From contig JAMOBD010000007.1 in assembly GCA_039908345.1 (NCBI GenBank), positions 14,743-78,742 on the forward strand: a stretch of DNA of 64,000 bases. Reading direction: 5' to 3'. Source of the DNA: Magnetospirillum sp. WYHS-4. Lineage in GTDB: Bacteria > Pseudomonadota > Alphaproteobacteria > Rhodospirillales > GLO-3. The notes under the pieces are model-generated. The model was not told the origin of the DNA. It saw only the letters and a program-made list of their open reading frames with translations, and ran no database searches. The position numbers and the translations under genes were made by a program. Every line of letters begins with the position of its first letter. The stretch's first letter is position 1. This document shows positions 20,022-28,788 of the stretch, piece by piece.

Positions 20022-22303
20022 CCACATCCGATCAGGCTCTGACGGCGGCCGGGATCGAATACCACCGCGCCGGTCGCCTGCGCGAGGCCGAGGCCGTCTA
20101 TCGCCGGGTCCTCGGGGCCTCCCCCCGCCATCCCGACGCCCAGCATCTGCTGGGCGTCGCCCTGTTGCAGCAGGGCCGGACCGAGGAGGCCCTGCAGCAC
20201 CTGCGAACCGCCGTCCTCCTGGACGGCGGCAACGCCCTTTATCATGCCAACCTGGCGGAAGGTCTGCGGCGGGCCGGGAAACCCGGGGAAGCCGAGGCCA
20301 GTGCCCGCCGGGCCCTGGCCCTGGACGGGCGCAACGTCGGCGCCCTCAACTGCCTGGGTGCCGCCTGTCAGGCGCAAGGCAAGTTGGACGAGGCCGCCGG
20401 CCATTACCGCAAGGCCCTGAAGCTTGACCCGAACGGGGTGGAAATCCTCAACAACCTGGGCGGCCTTTTGCGTCAGACCGGCCGGGCGGGGGAGGCGGAA
20501 AAGGTCCTGGGCAAGGCGCTCAAGCTGGCCCCCGGCCAGCCGGACATCCGCTTCAACCTGGCCCTGGCCCAACTCATCCTGGGCAAGGGGCGGGAATCCG
20601 AGGAGCACCTCAGGGCCGTGCTCGCCGTCCGGCCCGACCATGCCGAAGCCTGGAATGCCTTAGGGAACGCCCTTTTGCGCCGTAGCGTCTGGGCGGAGGC
20701 CATTCCCGCCCTCGTCAGGGCGGCCGAACTGGCGCCCGGCAACGCCGCCTTCCATCAGGCCCTGGGCGTCGCCTATCAGGAGGCCGGCAAGACGGACGAA
20801 GCCGCCGCCGCCTATGAAAAGGCCCTGGCCGCCAAGGATGGCGACCTCACGGTCCTGCCCGCCGTCACCCTGGCCTTGGGCCGCATTGCCAAGACCCAGG
20901 GCGACGTGGACCGGGCTTGCCGGCTCTTTGCCGCCCTGGCCGGTACGGACCGGAACGATGCGGCTCGCCTGCACCGGGCCACCGCCCTGCCTGCCATCCT
21001 GCAATCGGAAACGGAAATCGATGCGGTCCGCGCCCGGCTGGATGCCGACCTCGATGCCCTGCTGGACACCCGGCTGAAGATCGACGATCCCTTCGCCGAT
21101 GCCCTGGGGCCGCTGTTCTACCTGGCCTACCACGGCCGCGACGACCGGCCCTTCCAGGAAAAGCTGGCCCGTCTCTACCGCCAGGCCTGCCCGTCCTTGT
21201 CCTACACTGCCCGCAAAATGGGGGGCGGCGGGGGCAAGCGCCTGAAAGTGGGCTTCGTTTCCCGCCATTTCCATAGCCATACCATCGGCAAGCTTTATCG
21301 CGGCTTCGTCGCCGAGTTGCCGCGCGACCGTTTCGAAGTGACGACCTTCCTGTTCGCCCGCCCGGACGATCCGGTACGGGCCTTCATCCGCGAGCGGTCC
21401 GACCGGACGGTGGCGCTGCCCGAGACCCTGGCGGACGCCCGCCGGGTCCTTGAAGCGGAACGCCTGGACGTGCTGTTCTATACCGACATCGGCATGGACC
21501 CCTTCACCTACTTCCTGGCCTTTGCCCGGCTGGCGCCGGTGCAGTGCACCACATGGGGGCACCCGGTGACGACGGGACTGGACACCATGGATTACTTCCT
21601 TTCCAGTCCGGCCATCGACCCTGCCGGTAATGAGGCTCATTTCACGGAAACCTTGGTGAGGCTGCGCGATTTCACCACCTATTATTACCGACCGGAGCCG
21701 GAGACATGGCCCGACCGTGCCGCCTTGGGCCTTCCGGAAGACGAACGCCTCTATGCCTGCCTGCAGACATTGTTCAAATTTCATCCGTCCTTCGACAGCG
21801 TCATGGGGGACATCCTGCGGGCGGACTCCAAAGGCCGAATATTGCTGATCGAATCCTCGCCCGTCTGGCGAGCGATGCTGGAAGGCCGGTTCGCGCGGAC
21901 CTTGCCCGATGTCCGGGATCGCATCGTCTTCCTGCGCCGGATGCCAATCCGCGACTTCATGGGGGTGGCGGCCTCGGCCGACGTTTTATTGGACACGCCT
22001 CATTTCTGCGGCGGCAATTCGACCCTGGAAACGGTTTGGGCCGGCGCGCCCGCGGTTACTCTCCCCAGTGCCTTCACCCGAGGGCGCCTGTCGTCCGCCA
22101 TTTACGAGCAGATGAGGGTTGGCGACCTCGTCGCCCGAGACGAAGCGGATTATGTGGCGAAGGTGGTGGGACTCGGTGTCGATCCCGACCGCAACCGGGC
22201 GATGCGCGCCCGAATCCTCGAACGACGCGACGCCCTGTTCGAGAACCGCCGCATCGTCGAAGACCTGGCCGCCTTCATGGAAGGGGCGGCGGGGAAGGCC
22301 TGA
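20018..22303 (+). CDS. TPR-repeat glycosyltransferase, SPINDLY/OGT-like (GT41-type) C-terminal domain
   Basis: Track ORF 19943..22303. The ATG at 20018 (MTTSDQALTAAGIEYHRAGRLREAEAVYRRVL) overlaps the PIN stop (ATGA). About 9 TPR repeats are followed by WGHPVTTGLDTMDYFLSS and HFCGGNSTLE blocks. Confidence 0.85.
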   Translation: MTTSDQALTAAGIEYHRAGRLREAEAVYRRVLGASPRHPDAQHLLGVALLQQGRTEEALQHLRTAVLLDGGNALYHANLAEGLRRAGKPGEAEASARRALALDGRNVGALNCLGAACQAQGKLDEAAGHYRKALKLDPNGVEILNNLGGLLRQTGRAGEAEKVLGKALKLAPGQPDIRFNLALAQLILGKGRESEEHLRAVLAVRPDHAEAWNALGNALLRRSVWAEAIPALVRAAELAPGNAAFHQALGVAYQEAGKTDEAAAAYEKALAAKDGDLTVLPAVTLALGRIAKTQGDVDRACRLFAALAGTDRNDAARLHRATALPAILQSETEIDAVRARLDADLDALLDTRLKIDDPFADALGPLFYLAYHGRDDRPFQEKLARLYRQACPSLSYTARKMGGGGGKRLKVGFVSRHFHSHTIGKLYRGFVAELPRDRFEVTTFLFARPDDPVRAFIRERSDRTVALPETLADARRVLEAERLDVLFYTDIGMDPFTYFLAFARLAPVQCTTWGHPVTTGLDTMDYFLSSPAIDPAGNEAHFTETLVRLRDFTTYYYRPEPETWPDRAALGLPEDERLYACLQTLFKFHPSFDSVMGDILRADSKGRILLIESSPVWRAMLEGRFARTLPDVRDRIVFLRRMPIRDFMGVAASADVLLDTPHFCGGNSTLETVWAGAPAVTLPSAFTRGRLSSAIYEQMRVGDLVARDEADYVAKVVGLGVDPDRNRAMRARILERRDALFENRRIVEDLAAFMEGAAGKA

Positions 22304-23411
22304 TTTCCCTATCGCGTTCCGAGGCAAGGCGTTGGAAAAGTTCCTCCGCAACCAGGGCATGGACCGCTTCGTTGGGGTGCTGGTCGGTTGGATGGACCCA
22401 GAGATCGGAAGGGGCCCGGCCGGACATCAAGGGAAGAAGGTCGATTACGGGTATTCCGGCACCGGACAGGATGCCGCCAACCCGTGCGTGGATGTGACCA
22501 AACGGATAACGTTCGTCAAGATCGGTCAGCAAGGGAAAGATCACGGCGAGGCACGTGAACCTGCCGTCCCGGCAAAGTTCGCCGAATTCCGCAAGGCTGG
22601 TCTGGGTATCCTTCCAGCCCTCCGCATCCTCGCGATAGAGCGATGCGTAATACTCCAGGGTCCTGGCCTGGGTACGCCGGATGCTGGCGATCCTCCACAG
22701 AACCTGGGCAACCCGCAGATTGTAGGGAAAAGCGTCCGGCGGCCTTGGCTCGTCGCGATTGCTGACGGGGGCGTCTTTCCGGCGGGTCATTTTCCGCTTG
22801 GCAACGTCGAACTCGAAGATCGGCGGCTCGGCATCGTTGACGTTATAGCCCAGAATCACCGCATCGGGAGCCAAGGGGAGCCCGACGTTGCGTAGCAATG
22901 CGATTTCCTGGCGGGTGTTGTAACCGCCTACCCCGAGGTTGACGACCTCCCACGAGGGATCTCCCTTTCCTTCGTTTAGTCGGCGTTCCAGGCGAACGGC
23001 GAATACGTCGTTGTCCTTGACGCCTTGTCCGAAGGTGAAGGAGTCTCCAACGATAACGACGCGACGGACACCTTCTCTTTTGGTCTGGGCAAACGATGGA
23101 CCACGGAAACCGGACCCGTTGGTGTGATGTCGGACGGTCATATCGGGTCCGAAGTACCCACGGGGGTCGCCGTCATAGGTAAGGGGGATGTCGCTGTTCA
23201 GGCTGTTCACATAGGTCAAGGTACCGTCAGCCAGGGTAACGGCCCGGAATTGGGGCGGCAGGGTGTGGCCCTTGCGGAACTTCGGGAGGTCGAAGGCGCG
23301 CAAGAAGACTTCGACGGCCGCCAAACCGACAGATAGGCCGATAGCGATTGCGACTGTCGAGAACACGATCCTCATGCCTAGCGAAGTTTCGACGGCCTTT
23401 ATTTGAATCAT
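22275..23411 (-). CDS. SGNH/GDSL-family hydrolase, N-terminally anchored
   Basis: TM segment IVFSTVAIAIGLSVGLAAV. Block I VVIVGDSFTFG, block II NLGVGGYN, block III GYNVNDA, block V-like PTDQHPN. Confidence 0.75.
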   Translation of the reverse strand: MIQIKAVETSLGMRIVFSTVAIAIGLSVGLAAVEVFLRAFDLPKFRKGHTLPPQFRAVTLADGTLTYVNSLNSDIPLTYDGDPRGYFGPDMTVRHHTNGSGFRGPSFAQTKREGVRRVVIVGDSFTFGQGVKDNDVFAVRLERRLNEGKGDPSWEVVNLGVGGYNTRQEIALLRNVGLPLAPDAVILGYNVNDAEPPIFEFDVAKRKMTRRKDAPVSNRDEPRPPDAFPYNLRVAQVLWRIASIRRTQARTLEYYASLYREDAEGWKDTQTSLAEFGELCRDGRFTCLAVIFPLLTDLDERYPFGHIHARVGGILSGAGIPVIDLLPLMSGRAPSDLWVHPTDQHPNEAVHALVAEELFQRLASERDREIRPSPPPLP

Positions 23412-23666
23412 GAGGCTCCTTCATGTTCGGTAAGCTGCGTCCATCCGTATAATCTCTATCCCATAATACCCTGCCAAGCCATAGAGACCCTAAGGAACCC
23501 AAGAGAAGCGAACGCGTTCATCACGCCCGCAGAGGCATCCTGGGAGCGCGGGCCTCCGGCCCGCAGCCTGCCGGATGAGACATCCGCGCCCCCAGGTTCT
23601 GGCGAAACCTCCGCCTTCACCCGATAACCCTGGGGGGCCCGCTGAGCGGACCTTCCCGTCCCGGCA

Positions 23667-25337
23667 TCAGGTCTTGATGATGTAATTCAGGGCCATGCTG
23701 GGTTGCATGTTGTTGTGGGGCTGATCGCCGCCGCTATAACCAGTGTTGGCTTCCTGTTCGTCGGGATCACCCCCACCCGCAGCGCCGGAAGGTGCAGGGC
23801 CACAGCCTCCACTATGTCTATGATTCGGCATTTCGTTTACGGTCAGGGTATGCGTCTCGGCACCCACCTGCTGGGCCAGCGTGCGATTGGACAAGCCGCT
23901 ACCCTGCCCTACGCCGATGACGGTCCGGCCGCGCAGGTCGGGCAGGTTGAAGGTGGTGGAGCCGTCGCCCGCGCCGTAGGTCGTCCCGACCACTGCGTAG
24001 AGAGAGGCGTAGGTGCTGCGCGAAACCGCCGTGCCGTCGCAGGCCAGCCAGCCGCCGGGGGCGGAGGCGCCGGCGAAGGGCATTACCGCCCCGGCCGGCA
24101 GGCCGGCGTTCGGCAGGTTGGTCAGATTGGCCCCCGACACGGCGGGCAGCGCGCCGCTGCCGTCCAGTTGCACCAGATTGCCCGCCGCCGTGCCCGCGTT
24201 CAGCGTGGATGCCGTGCCCAGTTCCAAGGTGGCACGGGCCGCCGCCGCGTCGGCGTCGTCCAGCAGCATCCGGGCGAAGGCCGTGATATCGGCCAGGGAA
24301 GCCGTTCCGGAACCGGTGAAGTACGGCAGCTTGTCGGCGGCGCTGGCCAAGGCGGCCAGCGCCGCCAGTTGCGGGTTGGCAGTGTAGTTGCCGGGAACGT
24401 TGGTGAGGTTGGCGGCGGAGACTCCGGGCAAGGCTCCGCTGCCGTCCAGTTGCACCAGGTTGCCGGGGGCCGCGCCGGCGTTCAGGGTGGCCGCCGTCCC
24501 CAGGCCCAGCGTCGCCCGCGCCGCCGCCGCGTCGATGTCGTCCAGCAGGGTTCGGGCGAAGGCGGTGATTTCGGCCAGCGCCGCCGTACCGCTGCCGGTG
24601 AAATAGGGCAGCAGGTTCGCCGCGCTGACCAGGCCGGCGATGGCCGCGAGTTGCGGATTGGTCATGTAGGACGGCGGCAGGTTGGTGAGATTGGCCGCCG
24701 ATACCGCGGGCAGGGCGCCGCTGCCGTCCAGTTGCACCAGGTTGCCGGGCGCCGTGCCGGCGTTCAGGGTCGCGGCCGTCCCCAGGCCCAGGGTGGCGCG
24801 GGCCGCCGTCGCGTCGGCGTCGTCCAGCAGGCCGCGGGCGAAGGCGGTGAAGTCGGCCAAGGCCGCTGTTCCCGGTCCGGTGAAGTAGGGCAGGGTGTTG
24901 GCGGCGCTCGCCAGGGCGGCCAAGGCCGCCAGTTGCGGATTGCCGGCATAGCCGGTGGGCGGACCGTTCATCTTTTCCCGCCAAGCCGTCCCGTCGCGCA
25001 CCAGCCACAGCCACTTGGCGGGCGAATCGAGAACCAGGTCGGCGCCGCTTGCAAGCAGGATCTGCCCGGTGCCGCCCGCCGCGTTCTTCACGGTGACGAC
25101 GCGCCCGGCATCCGCCGGAGACAGGAACAGGAAGGAGCCGTCCGGCAGGTTGGCGGGATCGACATGGGTGAGTTCGTCCGCCGGCAGATGGCATTCGGTG
25201 TCGACGACCTGGGAAGCCCGGTCGGGCGTAATGCTCCCGGCCAGGATGTCGACGGCCGAAGCCGGCGCCGCGCCGGCCAGTTGGCGGACGAAGGCGGAAA
25301 ACTGGAGAAGCTGGGCATCCGTAGGAAATTCGGTCAT
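23667..25337 (-). CDS. phage tail-collar (tail-fibre-like, MdpB-type) domain protein with three internal repeats
   Basis: The C-terminus MPFAGASAPGGWLACDGTAVSRSTYASLYAVVGTTYGAGDGSTTFNLPDLRGR is a tail-collar signature. The middle part consists of three 94-aa repeats. Confidence 0.85.
   Translation of the reverse strand: MTEFPTDAQLLQFSAFVRQLAGAAPASAVDILAGSITPDRASQVVDTECHLPADELTHVDPANLPDGSFLFLSPADAGRVVTVKNAAGGTGQILLASGADLVLDSPAKWLWLVRDGTAWREKMNGPPTGYAGNPQLAALAALASAANTLPYFTGPGTAALADFTAFARGLLDDADATAARATLGLGTAATLNAGTAPGNLVQLDGSGALPAVSAANLTNLPPSYMTNPQLAAIAGLVSAANLLPYFTGSGTAALAEITAFARTLLDDIDAAAARATLGLGTAATLNAGAAPGNLVQLDGSGALPGVSAANLTNVPGNYTANPQLAALAALASAADKLPYFTGSGTASLADITAFARMLLDDADAAAARATLELGTASTLNAGTAAGNLVQLDGSGALPAVSGANLTNLPNAGLPAGAVMPFAGASAPGGWLACDGTAVSRSTYASLYAVVGTTYGAGDGSTTFNLPDLRGRTVIGVGQGSGLSNRTLAQQVGAETHTLTVNEMPNHRHSGGCGPAPSGAAGGGDPDEQEANTGYSGGDQPHNNMQPSMALNYIIKT
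24096..24941 (-). repeat. 3 x 282-nt in-frame tandem repeat inside the tail-collar gene
   Basis: Residues 133-414 are three copies of NPQLAA[LI]A[AG]L[AV]SAA..LPYFTG.GTA.LA.[FI]TAFAR.LLDD.DA.AARATL.LGTA.TLNAG.A.GNLVQLDGSGALP.VS.ANLTN. The antisense shadow ORFs at 24388 and 24682 show the same 282-nt offset. Confidence 0.9.
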
Positions 25338-25903
25338 GGCAGGCCCTCAAAAAAGAATTGTTTCATGGATGAATGGGCCGGAATGGACGGTCCGGCATTT
25401 CAGGTGACGTACCGATAGATATCTGCGGCTGCATCGCCATGGCTATGACGAGTGTCATTGCGCATATATGGTTACCTATGCGTGCCTCTATCGCAGGCCG
25501 GCGCCGAGAATGGGCGGCGGGCGGGGCCGTCGCCGCTCGCGATCAGCGATTCCAGAAGGTCTCAGGCCAGGGGCGGTCGTCGGCGCCGGAGGGCATGGGG
25601 CCCGGGGGGCCAGCATCCAGGCCAGGATGTCGGTCCAGAAGATTTCCGCCGCCAGATCGCGCAACAACATGTGATGGCTCTCCCAATAGAGGGCGATGCG
25701 ATGCGAATAGCCACCATGATCCCGACCCCGGACGACCCAACGCAACGTCGCCTCGTCGGCCGTGGCCGGAACCCGCACCCTCCCCAGGGCTGTTACCCTT
25801 GCCGTTCTAATCCGGGAGATCGGTTTCTGACTTCCGCTTTCCCTCGCCATGGGGAGATCTGCTATAGTCCGGTCCGTGAGGCATGGTTCCGAGAGGCGTC
25901 GGC

Positions 25904-26476
25904 ATGGCACAAGCGGTACTGAAGCAGCCACTACATATGACGGTGGAAGAGTTCCTGGCCTGGGACGACGGCACCGATACCCGCCACGAACTGGTGGGCG
26001 GCGAGGTCTTCGCCATGGCTCCGTCTTCCGCCATCCACACGAGGCTTGTAGCCAACCTTGCTCGTGATCTGGGGGGACGCCTCAGGCCCCCTTTCGGAGT
26101 CAATGTCGAGGCCGGTATCATGCCTTCCGCGAAATCGGATGCATATTATCAGGCTGACTTGGCGGTGAGTTGCATCCCCCTGGGGCCATCCGACAAACAC
26201 GTTCCAGACCCGAAAGTGATCGTCGAGGTCCTTTCGCCAAGCACAGCGAACTACGATCGCGGCACCAAGCTCCCCGACTACCGCACGATCCCCTCAGTTC
26301 AGGAAATTGTTCTGATTTCCTCGACGGCGATGAAAGCGGAGCTTTGGCACCGAGCCGACGATGGTTGGACGGTAAACGACATCGAGGGCATGGATGCCGT
26401 ACTGCGGCTCTCCTCTATCGAAGTCGAGCTACCACTGGCGGCGATTTATGAAAGCATCGCATTCGAAGCCGAATGA
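25904..26476 (+). CDS. Uma2-family (DUF820) restriction-endonuclease-fold protein
   Basis: Track ORF 25883..26476; the start is 25883 or 25904. MTVEEFLAWDDGTDTRHELVGGEVFAMAPSSAIHTRL and PDPKVIVEVLSPSTANYDRGTKLPDYRTIPSVQEIVLI are typical of the Uma2 family. Confidence 0.8.
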   Translation: MAQAVLKQPLHMTVEEFLAWDDGTDTRHELVGGEVFAMAPSSAIHTRLVANLARDLGGRLRPPFGVNVEAGIMPSAKSDAYYQADLAVSCIPLGPSDKHVPDPKVIVEVLSPSTANYDRGTKLPDYRTIPSVQEIVLISSTAMKAELWHRADDGWTVNDIEGMDAVLRLSSIEVELPLAAIYESIAFEAE

Positions 26477-26562
26477 TCTGGGGGAGCAGTGAAGACGGCG
26501 GAGCAAAACCAGTCCACGGAGGCGGCTGAATGGCCCTTCTTCTCCAGAGAAGGGGGCGGAGG

Positions 26563-26643
26563 GTGTATTCCGTGGAGCTTTATCGGAAGATCAGGCCTGC
26601 CTGCCGTCACGACGGCATGAGCCAGCGGGTGGCGGGGAGTCGC
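26563..26643 (+). pseudogene. possible remnant of an IS630-type transposase N-terminus
   Basis: Translation VYSVELYRKIRPACRHDGMSQRVAGSR resembles the YS.DLR.RV..A...G.S.R..A start of IS630-family transposases. Only about 27 codons are present, followed by an AT-rich stretch. This is weak. Confidence 0.25.
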
Positions 26644-26854
26644 AAATATACCCCGGCATATCGGAATATATTCTATATATCAGAACAAACTGACATCTCT
26701 CAACCGTAGCAGGTCAAATTTGACGATGATGTGTACATTCCACATGTTGCGAAATTCCTGAGGAGGGATTAGATGAAAGGAGTATGGGGAGCGGTGGAGC
26801 CAGCCGTCGCCCGTGGTGAGTGTAGGTCATTCGATGTGAAAGGGTGGGAAGCAG

Positions 26855-27292
26855 ATGCCCGCTATGAAACGCAAGAAGCGCCGTATGACGGTGGCCGAGG
26901 ACGGCCCGCGTCCGATTGACGTCTACGTCGGCAACCGTGTCCGTCTCCGCCGTACGCTCCTTGGCCTCAGCCAGGAGGCGCTGGGCAAGGCGGTCGGCCT
27001 GACCTTCCAGCAGATCCAGAAGTACGAACGCGGCGCAAACCGCATCGGCGCTTCGCGCCTCTACGAATTCGCCCGTATCCTGGATGTGCCCATCTCCTAC
27101 TTCTTCGAGGAGATGCCCGACGAAATCCGCAAGGCCGACCCGGATATCCGCGGCATCAAGGTCGAAACCGAGGACGACAGCCTGTCGGAGCGCGAGACCC
27201 TGGAACTGGTGCGGGCCTACTACCGCATCCATTCCGCGGAAAAGCGCCAGGCGTTGTTCGAGGTCATCAAGACCCTGGCCGAAGTCCAGTAG
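26855..27292 (+). CDS. XRE-family helix-turn-helix transcriptional regulator (alphaproteobacterial PraR/PhrR-like)
   Basis: IDVYVGNRVRLRRTLLGLSQEALGKAVGLTFQQIQKYERGANRIGASRLYEFARILDVPISYFFEEMP is a Cro/C1-type HTH. The exact start Met is uncertain. Confidence 0.85.
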   Translation: MPAMKRKKRRMTVAEDGPRPIDVYVGNRVRLRRTLLGLSQEALGKAVGLTFQQIQKYERGANRIGASRLYEFARILDVPISYFFEEMPDEIRKADPDIRGIKVETEDDSLSERETLELVRAYYRIHSAEKRQALFEVIKTLAEVQ

Positions 27293-27353
27293 ACGCCCGG
27301 ATTTCGCCGCGGGATCAGACGAGACCGTCCTTGCGGGCGGTCTCGTTTGCGTT

Positions 27354-28397
27354 TCAGCAACACCCGCCGCTGGTAGGCGCCGGCTGGGCGTCGAAGGGCA
27401 TGGCGGTCCCGCAGCCGGGAAAGATGCCGTAGTGGGTGGAGAAATCGCCGAAGAACTCGAAATGCGGCCGGAAGCGCGTGTCGTGCAGCATGCGCCAGGT
27501 GTTGCCGCAGACGGGGAATATGCGTCCCGTCTCGATGCAATGGTGGGTATCGAGCACGAATCGGTGCGGATGATCGGGCAGGCTGCCCTTGTAGACCACC
27601 GCCTGCCCGTAGTCCTCGCAGGCCGCTTCCAGGCCCGCCAGCTTGAACAGCCGGTAGGTGGCGGAAAAGAACCGTAGCGGCCCGGTCTTTTCCAGCACTT
27701 CGGCTTCGGTGATGGCGAGCGGCCGGTGCTCGACCAGCCGGGCGTCGGCAAAGCCGGCTTGGCGCGCCAGCGCCAGGAAATCGTTCCAATAAAGCGCCCC
27801 GCCCAGGCATTCGCCGTGCAGGACGGGGTCGCGGGTCACCGCTTCCGGCACCCGCCGGTCCGCGTAGACGTCGGAAAAGTACAGTTCCCCGCCTTCCTTC
27901 AGCATCGACCAGGCGCCCTTCAGTACCGCCGCCTTGTCGGGCGACAGGTTGATGACGCAGTTGGACACGATGACGTCGAAGCTGGCCGGCGGCATCCCCA
28001 GTTCATCCAGCTTCTCGATATAGCCGAAGCGGAAATCCACGTTGGCCGCGGCATAGCCGAAGCGTTCCCGGTGCCAGTCGACGTGGCGGCGGGCGACTTC
28101 CAGTTGTTCCTCGGTCATGTCGACGCCGACCACCCTCCCGTTCGGCCCCACCAGACGGGCCAGGGCGTAACAGTCCCGCCCCGCCCCGCAGCCCAGATCG
28201 AGAATGCTCGCCCCCTCCAGCGAGGGCGGCATCACCAAGCCGCAGCCGTAATACCGGGCCTGGACCTCGGGATGGATGTCGGCCATCACGGGCCTGAGGT
28301 GAGCGGGCAGCGCCGTTGGGGTGCAGCAGGCGTCGGTCTTCAGATCCTTCGTACCCTGCAGCACCTTGCCGTAGTAGACTTTTACCTGTTCGAGCAT
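27354..28397 (-). CDS. arsM: SAM-dependent methyltransferase, arsenite methyltransferase (ArsM)-like
   Basis: Track ORF 27354..28451. Met at 28397 (MLEQVKVYYGKVLQ) is preceded by GGAGGTGCC. It has an N-terminal Cys pair (TDACCTP), SAM motif ILDLGCGAGRDC, SNCVINLSPDK and a C-terminal Cys-rich tail (GGCC). Confidence 0.8.
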   Translation of the reverse strand: MLEQVKVYYGKVLQGTKDLKTDACCTPTALPAHLRPVMADIHPEVQARYYGCGLVMPPSLEGASILDLGCGAGRDCYALARLVGPNGRVVGVDMTEEQLEVARRHVDWHRERFGYAAANVDFRFGYIEKLDELGMPPASFDVIVSNCVINLSPDKAAVLKGAWSMLKEGGELYFSDVYADRRVPEAVTRDPVLHGECLGGALYWNDFLALARQAGFADARLVEHRPLAITEAEVLEKTGPLRFFSATYRLFKLAGLEAACEDYGQAVVYKGSLPDHPHRFVLDTHHCIETGRIFPVCGNTWRMLHDTRFRPHFEFFGDFSTHYGIFPGCGTAMPFDAQPAPTSGGCC

Positions 28398-28410
28398 GAA
28401 GGCACCTCCG

Positions 28411-28785
28411 ATGTTCGACTTTAGCGCCAAACCCGCCCCGGAAACAGCCACAGACGAACGGGAGGAGCGCCTTTACTGTGCCGCCTGTGGCCGGGAAGTC
28501 ACGCGTGGGCGCTGGCGCGTCACGGTCCAGGAGGACCACGAGCACACCTTCTTCAACCCGGCCGGGATGGTGTTCCGCATCGGCTGCTTTCGCGAGGCGC
28601 CGGGCGCCTCTCCCCAGGGCGAGCCGAGCACCCGGTTCACTTGGTTTCGCGGCTATCGTTGGCGCATCGCGGTCTGCGGCGGCTGCCGTGAGCACCTGGG
28701 CTGGCTGTTCACCGGTGTCGGCGAGCCGCCAGCCTTTTTCGCTCTGATCCTGGGGAAGCTGACCGCCACTCCGGGGCGCCCCTGA
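28411..28785 (+). CDS. CULT-domain protein (bacterial cereblon-like)
   Basis: Track ORF 28396..28785. ATG 28411 is preferred because 28396 would overlap the arsM start. It carries two CxxC pairs (YCAACG, VCGGC) and the W-x5-W-x13-W arrangement in FTWFRGYRWRIAVCGGCREHLGW. NPAGMVFRIGCF also matches my recollection of the Magnetospirillum cereblon isoform. Confidence 0.85.
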   Translation: MFDFSAKPAPETATDEREERLYCAACGREVTRGRWRVTVQEDHEHTFFNPAGMVFRIGCFREAPGASPQGEPSTRFTWFRGYRWRIAVCGGCREHLGWLFTGVGEPPAFFALILGKLTATPGRP

Positions 28786-28788
28786 CTT

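Noticed and set aside
25338-25931. ORFs 25488..25931 (-) and 25452..25922 (+) in the gap between the tail-collar and Uma2 genes
   Set aside because: Neither has recognisable motifs. They mutually overlap and have Arg/Pro-rich composition. I treat the region as non-coding or decayed DNA, though a gene fragment cannot be excluded without a database search.
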